A stretch of 64,000 bases of DNA from Candidatus Multivorans sp. (GCA_965247095.1 OZ251997.1:4128001-4192000), one strand, 5' to 3'. Counted from the stretch's first letter, positions 31,716-42,009 are shown. Notes: a model not told the origin generated them from the letters alone. Numbers and translations: made by a program.

Positions 31716-32408
31716 TCAGTGCGATGACGTGGAGGCGGCGATGATGGCGGGCATTGCAGCGGCCGCGGCCACAGCCGCTTGCGTGGCGGCGACGGCTTCC
31801 GCGGTGGCCTTGCCGACGACATCCCCCTTGGCGAGGCTCTTGAGGCGTTGCTTGCGAGATCGCAGCTCCTTGCGGCCGAAGATCGGGTTGAGCAGGCCCA
31901 CTGCCTTGGCCAGCGAGGCGAGGACGACGGTGCGGGGCTCGACTTCCCGATCGTTGCCGAAGATCGCCACGCGCAGGCGTTCGATGATCTCCTGCTCGGG
32001 ACCGGGATCGATCTCGGGATAGATGCGGCGCTTGAAGATGACGAGCAGTTGCTTCTCGTCGGCCTTGAGGATGCCGCGTTCGCAGAGGCGGCCGGCGACC
32101 CGGTGCTGGAGCTTGGACAGGGACGAGAAGCGGGTGATCCAGGTCTTTAGCGTCGCGCGCCGCATCGCGTTCCGCACCTTCTTGTGGCACTCGTCGACGA
32201 CTGGGTCGCCGATCCGGCGGATGTTGCGGACCTCGACGAGCTTGCGCCACCGCGATTCGTCGATGCGGATCCGTTCCTGCAACAGGAGTTCGGCGGCGAT
32301 CGCGCCGCCGAGGCCGAAGCGGCTGTTGCCCGCGATGATCGTGCCCTTCTCGTCGTGCAGGGCGAGGAGCATCAGCTCTTCGTGGAGGAGGAGGGGGTCT
32401 GCGCGCAT
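31716..32408 (-). CDS. GPP34/GOLPH3-like protein
   Basis: LHEELMLLALHDEKG, GAIAAELLL..RI, L.ERGIL, Ala-rich tail. Confidence 0.8.
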   Translation of the reverse strand: MRADPLLLHEELMLLALHDEKGTIIAGNSRFGLGGAIAAELLLQERIRIDESRWRKLVEVRNIRRIGDPVVDECHKKVRNAMRRATLKTWITRFSSLSKLQHRVAGRLCERGILKADEKQLLVIFKRRIYPEIDPGPEQEIIERLRVAIFGNDREVEPRTVVLASLAKAVGLLNPIFGRKELRSRKQRLKSLAKGDVVGKATAEAVAATQAAVAAAAAMPAIIAASTSSH

Positions 32409-32461
32409 CGATGAAGTCTCTCACGAAGAGATACGAGGACAGCCTCCGTGAGTTTCGTGCC

Positions 32462-34258
32462 CTAGAAGGCTTCGCTCCAGGGGCGGCTCAGCCTCAGAGC
32501 CGAGTTGATCAGGCCGACCATGGAGTAGGTCTGGGGGAAGTTGCCCCAGAGTTCTCCCGTCTCGGGGTCGAGGTCTTCGGAGAGGAGGCCTACCGGGTTG
32601 CGGTGCTCGAGCATCTGTTCGAACAGGTCGCGGGCCTCTTCGTGGCGGCCGAGGGCGTTGATCGCGTCGATGTACCAGAAGCTGCAGACGGCGAAGGAGG
32701 TGGTGGGGGCGCCTAACTCGTCCTCTTGGTATCGGAAGAAGTTGCTGCCGGAGCGGAGCGGTTCGAGCGACTCGACGGTGGCGGCGAAGCGGGGGTCGGC
32801 TGGGTCGAGGAAGCCGAGGTCGTGGAGCAGCAGCAGGCTGGCGTCGATGCCCTCGCCGTCGAGGGTGGCGGCGAGCCGGCCGCCGCTCTCGGCGTTTTGC
32901 AGGATGTGCTTGCGGATCGCTTCGGCCCGGCTCGTCCAGTGCCGTTGACGGTCGGCGAGACCAAGTGCCGCGGCAATTCGCGCCAGACGGTCGCAGGCTG
33001 CCCAGCACATGACGCTCGAGAAGGTGTGGACGGCGCTGCGCTGGCGGAACTCCCAGAGACCGGCATCCGGCTGGTCGAACAGGGTCGCGGCCTGGCTGCC
33101 GAGTTGCTCCAGCCAGCCGAACACACGCGCGTTCCCCGGTTTGACGAGCCGCCGGTCGAAGAAGCTCTGGGTGACGGCGAGGATGGCGCTGCCGTAGTTG
33201 TCGTTCTGGAGTTGCCGCCAGGCGTCGTTGCCCACCCGCACCGGACCCATGCCACGGTAACCAGGCAGGTTGTCGACGGTGCGCTCAGTCAGTTCCCCTT
33301 CGAACTTGATCCCGTAGACGGGTTGCAGCACGCCGCCCTCCGCGGCGGCCGCCAGGTTGGTGATGTAGCCGACGTAGCCCTCCATGGTGCGGGTCGCACC
33401 CAGGCGGTTCAGCGCCTGCACGACGAAGTGGGAGTCTCGGAGCCAGCAGAAGCGATAGTCCCAGTTGCGGCCGGTGCCCGGCGCCTCGGGGATCGAGGTG
33501 GTCATCGCGGCCAGCACCGCGCCGGTTTCCTCGAAGCTGCACAGTTGCAGCGTGATCGCCGCCCGGATCACCGCCTCCTGCCATTCGAACGGCACCGCCA
33601 GGTGACGCACGAACTCGCGCCAGTAGTTCTCCGTTCGGCTCTGGAACTCGCGGGCCACGGAGTCGACGGGCTCGGTCAGGCTCTCGTCGGGCCCGAGCAG
33701 GAGGGTGAGGGGCTGTTCGAGAACGAAGGTGATCTCGTCGGTGATGAAGGAAACCGGGGCGTCCGTCGTCAGCCGCAAGGCGAGTTCCGGGCCGACGTAG
33801 CGGATGTGGTTGCTGCCCCGGGTCAGTTCGGGCCGGCGGGCGCCGTAGTCGAAGCGCGGCCGCAGGCGGATGCGGATGCGCGGTTCGCCGCGTAACCGTT
33901 CGATCGTGCGGACGATCATCGTGGGCCGGAAGGAGCGGCCGAACTGCTCGAACCGGGGCGCGAAGTCGGTGATCCGCACCGCGGCGCCGTTGCCGTCGCG
34001 AAGCGTCGTGACCAGGATCGCAGTGTTCTCCAGGTAGTGCTGCTCGCTGCCCTGAAACCCTTCGAGCATCACGTCGAAGAAGCCGCCGTCCCAGGGGTCG
34101 CGGTCGTCGGCGCCGCCCAGGAGCGAGTGGAACACCGGGTCGCCGTCGAAGTGCGGCAGGCAGGCCCAGCAGATGCGGCCGCGCGGATCGACCAGGGCGC
34201 CGAACCCGCAATTCCCGATCACGCCGCCGTCGAGTGGGCGGACCTCCTCAGGCGTCAT
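32462..34258 (-). CDS. Glycoside hydrolase family 15 (trehalase/glucoamylase-like)
   Basis: TTSIPE, RNWDYRFCWLRD, PVRVGN, PDAGLWEFR, LLSED, GNFPQTYS. Confidence 0.92.
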   Translation of the reverse strand: MTPEEVRPLDGGVIGNCGFGALVDPRGRICWACLPHFDGDPVFHSLLGGADDRDPWDGGFFDVMLEGFQGSEQHYLENTAILVTTLRDGNGAAVRITDFAPRFEQFGRSFRPTMIVRTIERLRGEPRIRIRLRPRFDYGARRPELTRGSNHIRYVGPELALRLTTDAPVSFITDEITFVLEQPLTLLLGPDESLTEPVDSVAREFQSRTENYWREFVRHLAVPFEWQEAVIRAAITLQLCSFEETGAVLAAMTTSIPEAPGTGRNWDYRFCWLRDSHFVVQALNRLGATRTMEGYVGYITNLAAAAEGGVLQPVYGIKFEGELTERTVDNLPGYRGMGPVRVGNDAWRQLQNDNYGSAILAVTQSFFDRRLVKPGNARVFGWLEQLGSQAATLFDQPDAGLWEFRQRSAVHTFSSVMCWAACDRLARIAAALGLADRQRHWTSRAEAIRKHILQNAESGGRLAATLDGEGIDASLLLLHDLGFLDPADPRFAATVESLEPLRSGSNFFRYQEDELGAPTTSFAVCSFWYIDAINALGRHEEARDLFEQMLEHRNPVGLLSEDLDPETGELWGNFPQTYSMVGLINSALRLSRPWSEAF

Positions 34259-34376
34259 GGGCGGTCGCCCGCCAGCGCCGCCAAACCCGTCGCAGGCTCC
34301 GTGTTTGGTCCCAGCCCCCACCTCACTATGAGTCTGCGCACCAGAACTCACCATGTTGCGTTTCTGCCGCGCAGAC

Positions 34377-35171
34377 TCATAGCGTGTCGCACAGGGCCTC
34401 CAGCCAACGGTGCAATTCCCGCACACCGCTCAGACCGTACTGCGCGGTGCTGGTGCGGCCGGTTTCACGTTCCAGGCCGACCACTATCGCGGCGCCGCCA
34501 CAGCTCTGCGCGGCGGCGAATCCGTCCTCGTCCGTGATGTCGTCGCCCACGAACACGGGGACCCGGTCGCGGAACGGCGCTTCGGCCATGAAGTCCTCGA
34601 CGACGGTGCGCTTGTTCGGGCGATGAGGTTTCAACTCGAGCACCATCTTGCCCTCCTGGACGCCGTAGGCGGAGCCCAGGGAGGTTCGGATCTTCTCCAT
34701 CACTTCGCGCGCCGCGCCCTCGGCGCCGGCTGCGCGCCGGTAGTGGAGCGCCAGGGTCGCCGACTTGTCTTCGAGCAGGGTACCCGGGTGCGCCGCGGCA
34801 AAACGCGTCAGTTCCCGGCGCGCCGGGCCCAGTACTTCGGCGCCGTCCGTCCGGTTGACGGATCCGTCGGCGGACCTGCGCTCCAGGCCGTGGAGCCCCG
34901 CCGCCGGCAGTTCGAGAGGCGCGAAGAAGCGGTCGAGAACGTCGAGCGAGCGTCCGCTGGCGAGCGCCAGCGCGCCGCCGAGGCGGCAGCGGAGTCGTTC
35001 GAGCAGGCCGCCGATCCGCTCGTCGACGTGGACCGCGTCGGGCGCGTCCGCGATCTCGATCAAGGTGCCGTCGACATCCAGGAACAGAGCCCACGAGTGC
35101 GGCGGAGGGATGTCGGAACCCGCTTCCAGCAGGATCCAGGCGGCGTGCGGAGGATGCGCTTTCTGGTTCAC
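34377..35171 (-). CDS. otsB: Trehalose-6-phosphate phosphatase; start uncertain
   Basis: FLDVDGTL, ASGR, GLHGLE, EDK..LALHYR, GKMVLELKP, GDDITDEDGF. Confidence 0.92.
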   Translation of the reverse strand: MNQKAHPPHAAWILLEAGSDIPPPHSWALFLDVDGTLIEIADAPDAVHVDERIGGLLERLRCRLGGALALASGRSLDVLDRFFAPLELPAAGLHGLERRSADGSVNRTDGAEVLGPARRELTRFAAAHPGTLLEDKSATLALHYRRAAGAEGAAREVMEKIRTSLGSAYGVQEGKMVLELKPHRPNKRTVVEDFMAEAPFRDRVPVFVGDDITDEDGFAAAQSCGGAAIVVGLERETGRTSTAQYGLSGVRELHRWLEALCDTL

Positions 35172-35207
35172 ACGCCCCCTCCGAGATCCCTTACGATACA
35201 GAAACCG

Positions 35208-36605
35208 ATGGCCCCTCAGGATCTGCCGGCTGCTCGGCAGTCGGAACTTGTGATTGTCGCGAACACGCTGCCCGTGCGTCGCGAGGAGGTGGATGGCGAA
35301 CTGCGCTGGGCGCAGAGCCCCGGCGGCCTGGTCAGCGCCCTGTCGCCGATCGTCCGGCAGGCCGGCGGCTGCTGGGTGGGCTGGTCCGGCGGCGCCGACG
35401 ATTCGCCGGCGCCGTTCCGCCACGAGGGCATACTGAACGTGGCCGTGCCGGTGTCGGAGGCCGAGGTCGCGGCCTCGTACCAGGGCATGTGCAACTCGAC
35501 CCTCTGGCCGCTCTACCACGACGCGGTGCGGCCGCCGGAATACCACCGGCACTGGTGGAACCCCTACGTGGCGGTCAACCGGCGCTTCGCCGAGGAGGCG
35601 GCGCGCCGTACCGCGCCCGGCGGCAGGGTGTGGATCCAGGACTACCACCTGCAGCTCGTGCCGCGGATGCTGCGCGAGCTCCGGCCGGACATAAGCTCCG
35701 GCTTCTTCCTGCACATCCCCTTTCCGCCGATCGAGTTGTTTCTGCGTCTGCCGTGGCGGCGGCTGGTGCTGGAGGGGCTGCTCGGCGCGGACGTGATCGG
35801 CTTCCAGACCCCGGCCGGCGCCTACAACTTCACGCGGCTCGCCGACCGGCTAATCGAGGCCGAGCCGCACGGCGAGACGATCCGCTACCAGGGCCGCGAC
35901 ATCCGTGTGGGCGCCTTCCCGATATCCATCGACACGGAGCGCTACGCCAACGCCGCGCTGTCGCCCGAAATCCGCGAGCGGGCCGAACAGCTCCAGCAGC
36001 TTCGCCGGGGGCGGAAGATCATCCTCTCCGTCGATCGCCTCGACTACACGAAGGGCATCGACCTGCGGCTCAAGGCGTTCCTTGAATGGTTGGGACGCAA
36101 GGACCGTTCGATTCGCGACGCGGTGATGGTCCAGGTCGCGGTGCCGAGCCGGGAGCGCATCTCCGAGTACCAGATCCTGCGGCGTGACGTGGAGGAGCTG
36201 GTCGGCCAGATCAACGGCGAGTACGGCGAGCTCGGCGTCGTGCCGGTCCAGTACCTGCGACGCAACCTGCCGTTCGAGGAGCTGATCGCCTTCTACCTCG
36301 TCGCCGACGTGATGCTGGTGACGCCGCTCTGCGACGGCATGAACCTGGTGGCCAAGGAGTACGTCGCGACGCGTCTCAAGGACGACGGCGTCCTGGTGCT
36401 GAGCGAGTTCGCGGGCGCGGCCGCCGAGCTGCCGGACGCCCTGCTGGTGAACCCCCACGACGTGAACGCGATGGCGGCCGTGATCGAACGGGCGATCACT
36501 CTCGATCCGGAGGACGGGACCCGCCGCATGAAGGCGATGCGTGAGGTCGTCCGCCGCCACTCGGTCCACGAGTGGGCGGCGCAGTTCATCGAGGCACTGG
36601 CGTAG
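35208..36605 (+). CDS. otsA: Trehalose-6-phosphate synthase
   Basis: GGLVSAL, WVGW, LWPLYH, WIQDYHL, FLHIPFP, VDRLDYTKG, DGMNLVAKEY, LSEFAGA. Confidence 0.96.
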   Translation: MAPQDLPAARQSELVIVANTLPVRREEVDGELRWAQSPGGLVSALSPIVRQAGGCWVGWSGGADDSPAPFRHEGILNVAVPVSEAEVAASYQGMCNSTLWPLYHDAVRPPEYHRHWWNPYVAVNRRFAEEAARRTAPGGRVWIQDYHLQLVPRMLRELRPDISSGFFLHIPFPPIELFLRLPWRRLVLEGLLGADVIGFQTPAGAYNFTRLADRLIEAEPHGETIRYQGRDIRVGAFPISIDTERYANAALSPEIRERAEQLQQLRRGRKIILSVDRLDYTKGIDLRLKAFLEWLGRKDRSIRDAVMVQVAVPSRERISEYQILRRDVEELVGQINGEYGELGVVPVQYLRRNLPFEELIAFYLVADVMLVTPLCDGMNLVAKEYVATRLKDDGVLVLSEFAGAAAELPDALLVNPHDVNAMAAVIERAITLDPEDGTRRMKAMREVVRRHSVHEWAAQFIEALA

Positions 36606-36821
36606 CGCCAAGCGCCGCGCTTGCGCGGGACCGGCCCATCCCGAAAGGTGGGGAATGTCTGAGTGGTACTGAAGGGTTCAGTGTCATAGCAGGGCGCCGG
36701 ACAGGGATATCCGCGACGCCTGCGAAGAAAGTCCCCTAGGCAGAGGGGCGCTCACCTGGCCACCTGAAGTCCCCAGTGGCTGTGATGCCTCTCCGCCGAA
36801 CAGACGGAGACAAATCAGGCC

Positions 36822-39800
36822 ATGAAGAGAGCAACCCGGTTTCGGGTCGCTGAGGCACACGTTCAGCCGGCGACCCCTGTTCCCCTTCGATCCAGTTCGG
36901 AACCCGTGCCCGAAACCGCAGGTGAGAGTGCAGCCTGCAGCCGGTTCGGCCGCTGGCAGTTTGCCGCTCGGGCTATTCGCGTTTTCGTCGCCATCGGCTG
37001 CCTGATCGTCTTCGTCGGTGATGCACGCGCGCTGGACCCGCCGGAGAAGCCGGTGATCACGGTCGAGGCCGAGTCGACGCCCGTCATCGAAGGCGAGGAG
37101 GCCCGCTTCCTTGTGAGCCGCGCTGGCCCGGTAGAGGAGGGATTGGAAGTGTTGGCGGAGGTGTCGGCGACGGGTTCGTTGGCGTTTTCGGGGGGTCCAA
37201 GGACGGTGACGCTGAGGATAGAGCCGGAATCGAGACTGCATAGCTTCGGCCTCCTCACGACAGCGGATGATCGGGACGAAGCGGACCGGAACGTCACCTT
37301 GACCGTGATGGCGCCGGAGGACGGTTCCTACGAGGTGGGCTCACAGTCGTCGGCGACGGTGGTCATTGAGGACGATGACGATCTGGAGGTCCAGGTAACG
37401 ACTGCTGTGGTGGACGCCAACGGCCTTGCGTTGACCGAGGTCCCCGAGGATGTAGGCGCCGCCACCATCCGCCTGACTGCGACCACGAACGGCAGCTTGG
37501 CGCCGACCGGGGCCTTCGGGGTCGCGGTAAGTACGCGCGCGGACAGCGCGGTCTCGCCTGACGACTACGCGGCACTCTCCGTTCATGTTGGCTACGCGGC
37601 GGCGGACTGGGTGTTCGTGGCGGCCGAGGGCAACTACAAGGCGGTCAAGGACGTTTCCCTGACGATCGTTGATGACTCGCTGCAAGAGCCGGAGCTGGAA
37701 ACCCTCGGGCTGATCACCGAGCGGGCCCCGGACACGCCCACCTACGTCAGTTTCCCTCCGAGCCTCGAACTGGCGATCGTCGACAACGACTCGGTTCCCG
37801 TTGAGCCGCCGTCCGATCCGCCTCCGTCCGATCCTCCCGAGCCTGAGCCGCCGGAAGTGACGGTCGCGGCGGGGGCGGCGCGGACGACGTTGGCTGTCCG
37901 GACCGTCGACGACTCAGTTGACGAACGGAACAGTTTGGTCTCGGTGACGTTGACCGCTGGGCAGGTCGCCTTCTACGTCGTCGGTTCGGCATCCTCCGCC
38001 GCAGTGACCGTGAAGGACGACGACGAACCGCCGCCCGCCGTGACCGTTCCTGCCGCTCCGAAGAACCTTACGGCTCGCGCCGACGGCGAGGCCCGGATCG
38101 ACCTGGCCTGGACGGTGCCCACCGAGACGGGCGGCGCCGCGATCGTCGGCTACCGGATCGAATGGTCGGCTGACGGCGATTCAGGATGGTCGGTGCTGGT
38201 GGACGACACCGGCTCGACGGGGACGACGTTCAGTGACCTCGATCTCACGGCAGGGACAACCCGCTACTACCGGGTCTGCGCCCTGAACTCCGCGGGCATC
38301 GGTCCGCCTTCGAACATCACCGGTGCGAGGACGATTCAGCCGCCCCCGGAGGTGACGATTCAGGCTGTGCAGAGTCCCGTCGTCGAGGGCGCCGAGGCGG
38401 CGTTCATCTTGAGGCGTACGGGCGCCACCGCCGAGCCACTCACAGTGTCGCTGGAAGTGACGGCGGCGGCGCCGATGATCGGTGGCGAATCGCCGACCTC
38501 GGCACTCTTCCCTGGCGGCGCCGGTGAGACCACCCTGACCGTACGGACGATCGACGACAGGGTGGACGAGCCGGACAGGGAGATTGTGGCCAAGTTGCTG
38601 AACGGCAACGGCTACACCCTGGGCAGGGCGGCTTCGGCGACGGTGCGGGTCAAGGACAACGACGCGGCGCCGGTGTTCCGGATCGCCGACGCGTCGGCGC
38701 CCGAGTCGACCGGCGAGATCGCGTTCACGGTCTCGCTCAGCGGTGAGAGCGCGATGCCGGCGACGGTGCGTTGGGCGAGTTCGGCCGCAACGGCGCAGCC
38801 GGGTCTGGACTACATCGAGGCGAGCGGCGAACTGACCTTCGCTCCCGGCACGACAAGCCAGCGGATCGCGGTACCCCTGCTCGAGGATCTGCTGGTCGAG
38901 GAGGCCGAGACCTTCCGCGTGTCCCTGAGCGAGGCGTCGAACGCGGCGTTCGAGGCAGGCTCGGTGGCCACGGCTACGGGAACGATCGAGGACGACGACG
39001 ACACGGCGCCGGCGGAGGAATGGCTGGCCCGGTTCGGACGCACGGCAGCGAGCAACGCCGTGGACGCGGTGGAGGATCGGCTGACGGGTCGGCTCGGAAC
39101 CGGCGCCCAGGTCGTGGTTGCGGGACACCGGGTCGATGTTTCGGGTAGCGACCGGGAACACGGCGCTACCGGTAGCGGCCAGGGGAACGGCGCTGGCGGT
39201 TCGGCCCCGGCGCCCGTTGCCGGGCTTGGCGGCATCGGTCAGGCGGCGGGTGGCGCCGTCGGTCTGGCCGGGTCCGGTGGCGGCCTTCTGGACGCGCAGC
39301 CGGGCAGGTACGGGTCGGGGCGGATGGACGCGGGCGATGTGCTGGCACGGAGTTCGTTCCAGTTCTCTTCGGACTCCCACGCCGGTGTCCACCGCTGGTC
39401 CGTCTGGGGCAGCGGCGCCGCGACGCGCTTCGACGGCGGCGAGGACACCCTCAGCCTCGGCGGCGAGGTGGTGACCGGCACCGTCGGAGCGGACGTCGAA
39501 CGCGGCCGCGTGCTGTTCGGGGTCGCGGTATCCCACAGCCGCGGCGACGGCGACTACCGCCGGGCCGGTGTCGGCGGTCTGCGTGCCCGGGAGGGCGACC
39601 TCTCGAGCGATCTGACCACGGGACTGCCCTACCTGCGGGTCGCGGTCAGCGACCGCCTGTCGGTGTGGGGCGCTCTGGGCCGCGGCGCCGGATCGATGAC
39701 CCTGAGCGAGGGCGACCTGGGGTCCATCGAGGCGGACATCGGGATGAGTCTGGGCGCCTTCGGGGCGCGGCAGGAACTGCGGTCGTCCGCGGCGACGGAC

Positions 39801-40436
39801 GGCTTCAGCCTGGCGCTACGCACCGACCTGCTGCTGGTCCACGCGACCTCGGACGAGACGGCAGCGCTGCCCGCGCTGTCGACCGACGTGAACCGTCTGC
39901 GGTTGATGATCGAGGGCGCACGCCGGTGGCAGTTCGAGTCGGGCGCCGTGCTGACTCCGACGGTGGAGCTGGGTCTCCGCTACGACGACGGCGATGCGGA
40001 GCCGGGCGGCGGCCTGGAACTGGGCGCGGGCCTTCGTGTCGAGAACGCGGCGCGCGGCCTGTCCGCCGAGTTGACCGGGCGCTCCTTGCTGGCCCACGAG
40101 GCGAGCGAGCTCTCGGAGTGGGGCGTGGGCGGTTCGGTCCGGTTCGAGCCGGGCGGAGGCGACCGTGGCCTGTCCATCGGGCTGAGGTCGACTCTGGGCG
40201 CCGCGTCAAGCGGGATCATCAGGTTGTGGGAGCAGCAAAACGCGGCGCCCCTGGGCTACCGCGCGACGGCGCCGGGCAGCACCGACGGAGACGGAAGTCG
40301 GATACGGATTGGCCGTGTTGGGCAGCCGGGGGAGTCTGACGCCATATCTGGGCGCGGGGCTGTCGCAGCGTTACGGCGAGACCTACAAGGCGGGTGCGCG
40401 GCTCAGGTTCGGCGAGTTCTTCGCCCTGGACGCTGA
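36822..40436 (+). CDS. Large surface protein: Calx-beta-like repeats + fibronectin III + C-terminal beta-barrel; apparent frameshift near 40285
   Basis: TV.I.DDD repeats, Fn3 APKNL..LAW..GYRIEWS..YYRV.ALNSAG, WLARFGRT, LTPTVELGLRYD.GDAE. Confidence 0.8.
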   Translation: MKRATRFRVAEAHVQPATPVPLRSSSEPVPETAGESAACSRFGRWQFAARAIRVFVAIGCLIVFVGDARALDPPEKPVITVEAESTPVIEGEEARFLVSRAGPVEEGLEVLAEVSATGSLAFSGGPRTVTLRIEPESRLHSFGLLTTADDRDEADRNVTLTVMAPEDGSYEVGSQSSATVVIEDDDDLEVQVTTAVVDANGLALTEVPEDVGAATIRLTATTNGSLAPTGAFGVAVSTRADSAVSPDDYAALSVHVGYAAADWVFVAAEGNYKAVKDVSLTIVDDSLQEPELETLGLITERAPDTPTYVSFPPSLELAIVDNDSVPVEPPSDPPPSDPPEPEPPEVTVAAGAARTTLAVRTVDDSVDERNSLVSVTLTAGQVAFYVVGSASSAAVTVKDDDEPPPAVTVPAAPKNLTARADGEARIDLAWTVPTETGGAAIVGYRIEWSADGDSGWSVLVDDTGSTGTTFSDLDLTAGTTRYYRVCALNSAGIGPPSNITGARTIQPPPEVTIQAVQSPVVEGAEAAFILRRTGATAEPLTVSLEVTAAAPMIGGESPTSALFPGGAGETTLTVRTIDDRVDEPDREIVAKLLNGNGYTLGRAASATVRVKDNDAAPVFRIADASAPESTGEIAFTVSLSGESAMPATVRWASSAATAQPGLDYIEASGELTFAPGTTSQRIAVPLLEDLLVEEAETFRVSLSEASNAAFEAGSVATATGTIEDDDDTAPAEEWLARFGRTAASNAVDAVEDRLTGRLGTGAQVVVAGHRVDVSGSDREHGATGSGQGNGAGGSAPAPVAGLGGIGQAAGGAVGLAGSGGGLLDAQPGRYGSGRMDAGDVLARSSFQFSSDSHAGVHRWSVWGSGAATRFDGGEDTLSLGGEVVTGTVGADVERGRVLFGVAVSHSRGDGDYRRAGVGGLRAREGDLSSDLTTGLPYLRVAVSDRLSVWGALGRGAGSMTLSEGDLGSIEADIGMSLGAFGARQELRSSAATDGFSLALRTDLLLVHATSDETAALPALSTDVNRLRLMIEGARRWQFESGAVLTPTVELGLRYDDGDAEPGGGLELGAGLRVENAARGLSAELTGRSLLAHEASELSEWGVGGSVRFEPGGGDRGLSIGLRSTLGAASSGIIRLWEQQNAAPLGYRATAPGSTDGDGSRIRIGRVGQPGESDAISGRGAVAALRRDLQGGCAAQVRRVLRPGR

Positions 40437-40512
40437 AGCCGCTCGCCTGGAGGAGAACGCCGCCGCGCCGTCCCGCTACCGGGCGGCTCTGCTGGCGAAC
40501 TTCCGTTGGTAG
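40285..40512 (+). pseudogene. Frameshifted C-terminal barrel strands of the 36822 protein
   Basis: Shifted frame reads TETEVGYGLAV...LTPY...ALLANFRW*, an outer-membrane barrel-type ending. Confidence 0.7.
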
Positions 40513-40618
40513 GCCGGCTGCTACGATCACCAAGCGCTCCGCGCGGCGGTGCGCACGAGAACAGGAGGAACGCCGAACGGCAGTAGCGATCTCGCCCTGA
40601 GCCCGTTCGGCTGACACG

Positions 40619-41716
40619 ATGTGGATCAAGAAGTACGACCCAGCCCGCTACCTTCCTGCTGACGCCGGCGTCACGCTGCCGAGCCGCAAGCCGACGCCGC
40701 GGGAGGTCTACATGGACCGCCGCAAGTTCGTGGCCGCGGCCACGATCGGTATCGCCGGCGCCTCGCCCCTCGCCTCCCAGTTCCGTCTCCGCCAGCAGGT
40801 GCCGGCGCCGCCGCCGGCGCCGCCGCTCGAGGAGAAGCTGAAGCCGGCCCTGTCGAGGCCGGACGTCTATCCGGCCGAGGTGACCGGCAAGCCCCGGCGC
40901 AACACGAAGTTCGCCGGACCGCCCGCGAGCGTCGGCGGCGAGTTGACGCCCCGCGAGTTCGCCGGCAGCCACAACAACTTCTACGAGTTCCTGCCCGGCC
41001 GCGGCGGTCCGGTGTGGAAGTTCGCCGGCAAGTTCACCGTCGAGCCGTGGAAGGTCGAGATCAAGGGCCTTTGCGACAACCCCATGACGCTTGACCTGGA
41101 CGACATCTTCGCCTTCGCGCACGAGGAGCGCCTCTACCACTTCCGCTGCGTCGAGCGCTGGGCGATGAACGTGCCCTGGAGCGGTTTCCCGCTCAGCAAG
41201 CTGATCGAGAAGGCTGCGCCCAAGTCCTCGGCCAAGCATGTCCGCTTCGTGACTGCGCGGGAGGACAAGCAGATGCCGGGCATTCGCGAGACGTCGTGGT
41301 ACCCGTGGCCCTACGCCGAGGCCCTGCGCATCGACGAGGCGATGAACGAACTCGCCTTTGTCGCCACCGGCATTTACGGTGAACCCCTGCTCAAGCAGCA
41401 CGGCGCGCCGCTACGGATCGTCGTGCCGTGGAAGTACGGCTACAAGAACCCCAAGTCGATCGTCGAGATCGAGTTCGTCGCCGACGAACCGGACACCTTC
41501 TGGCAGATCCAGCCCCACGAGTACGGCTACCTGTCGAACATCAACCCGAACATCCCGCATCCGCGCTGGAGTCAGGCGACCTCGCACTGGTTGCACAACA
41601 ACCAGCCGTTCGACACGCCGATCTTCAACGGTTACGGCGAGCAGGTTTCCAAGCTCTATCCCGACGAGCCGACCACGATGCAGCGAGCGCTGCGTCAGGG
41701 TCAGATCGCCCGCTAG
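40619..41716 (+). CDS. msrP: Protein-methionine-sulfoxide reductase catalytic subunit
   Basis: Tat RRKF, HNNFYEF, ERLYHFRCVE.W, WPY.EALRIDEAMNEL, GAPLRIVVPWKYGYK, HPRWSQA. Confidence 0.93.
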   Translation: MWIKKYDPARYLPADAGVTLPSRKPTPREVYMDRRKFVAAATIGIAGASPLASQFRLRQQVPAPPPAPPLEEKLKPALSRPDVYPAEVTGKPRRNTKFAGPPASVGGELTPREFAGSHNNFYEFLPGRGGPVWKFAGKFTVEPWKVEIKGLCDNPMTLDLDDIFAFAHEERLYHFRCVERWAMNVPWSGFPLSKLIEKAAPKSSAKHVRFVTAREDKQMPGIRETSWYPWPYAEALRIDEAMNELAFVATGIYGEPLLKQHGAPLRIVVPWKYGYKNPKSIVEIEFVADEPDTFWQIQPHEYGYLSNINPNIPHPRWSQATSHWLHNNQPFDTPIFNGYGEQVSKLYPDEPTTMQRALRQGQIAR

Positions 41717-41748
41717 ACGGATCGGGTTTGTGGTCCGTATCTGAAGTC

Positions 41749-42009
41749 ATGAGCACCGCGACGGACACGCTCGCCACGGCCGAAGCATTGGAAGGCGCCG
41801 GCCTGGATGCGGACACCGCCAAGGCAACGGCTCGTGCGATCGACACCGGGTGCGCCGCCGCGGTTGAGGGACTGGTCACGCAGGACGGTCTTCGGGCCGA
41901 GTTGAAGGCGCTTGAAACACGGTTGGTCCTGTGGGGCGCTGGCATCGTGCTCGGCGGTTCCGCCCTGGTGCTGAGCGGCGTTGGTGTGCTGTTGAGGCTC
42001 GCCCTGTAG
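41749..42009 (+). CDS. Small coiled-coil membrane-anchored protein (DUF1640/CCDC90-like)
   Basis: DTL..AEALEGAG....A.A, LVT..GLRAELKALETRL, C-terminal TM. Confidence 0.6.
   Translation: MSTATDTLATAEALEGAGLDADTAKATARAIDTGCAAAVEGLVTQDGLRAELKALETRLVLWGAGIVLGGSALVLSGVGVLLRLAL

Noticed and set aside
29917-32424. 835-aa ORF as a giant HNH fusion
   Set aside because: The upstream part is an Arg/Pro-rich off-frame read of the GPP34 and SAM-MTase genes; the plausible start is ATG 30840.
36625-36720. GAAA-capped hairpin upstream of the adhesin resembling a c-di-GMP-I riboswitch P2
   Set aside because: Conserved GCAAA/GACGCAAA flanks are absent; more likely a simple hairpin. An Infernal/Rfam scan would settle it.
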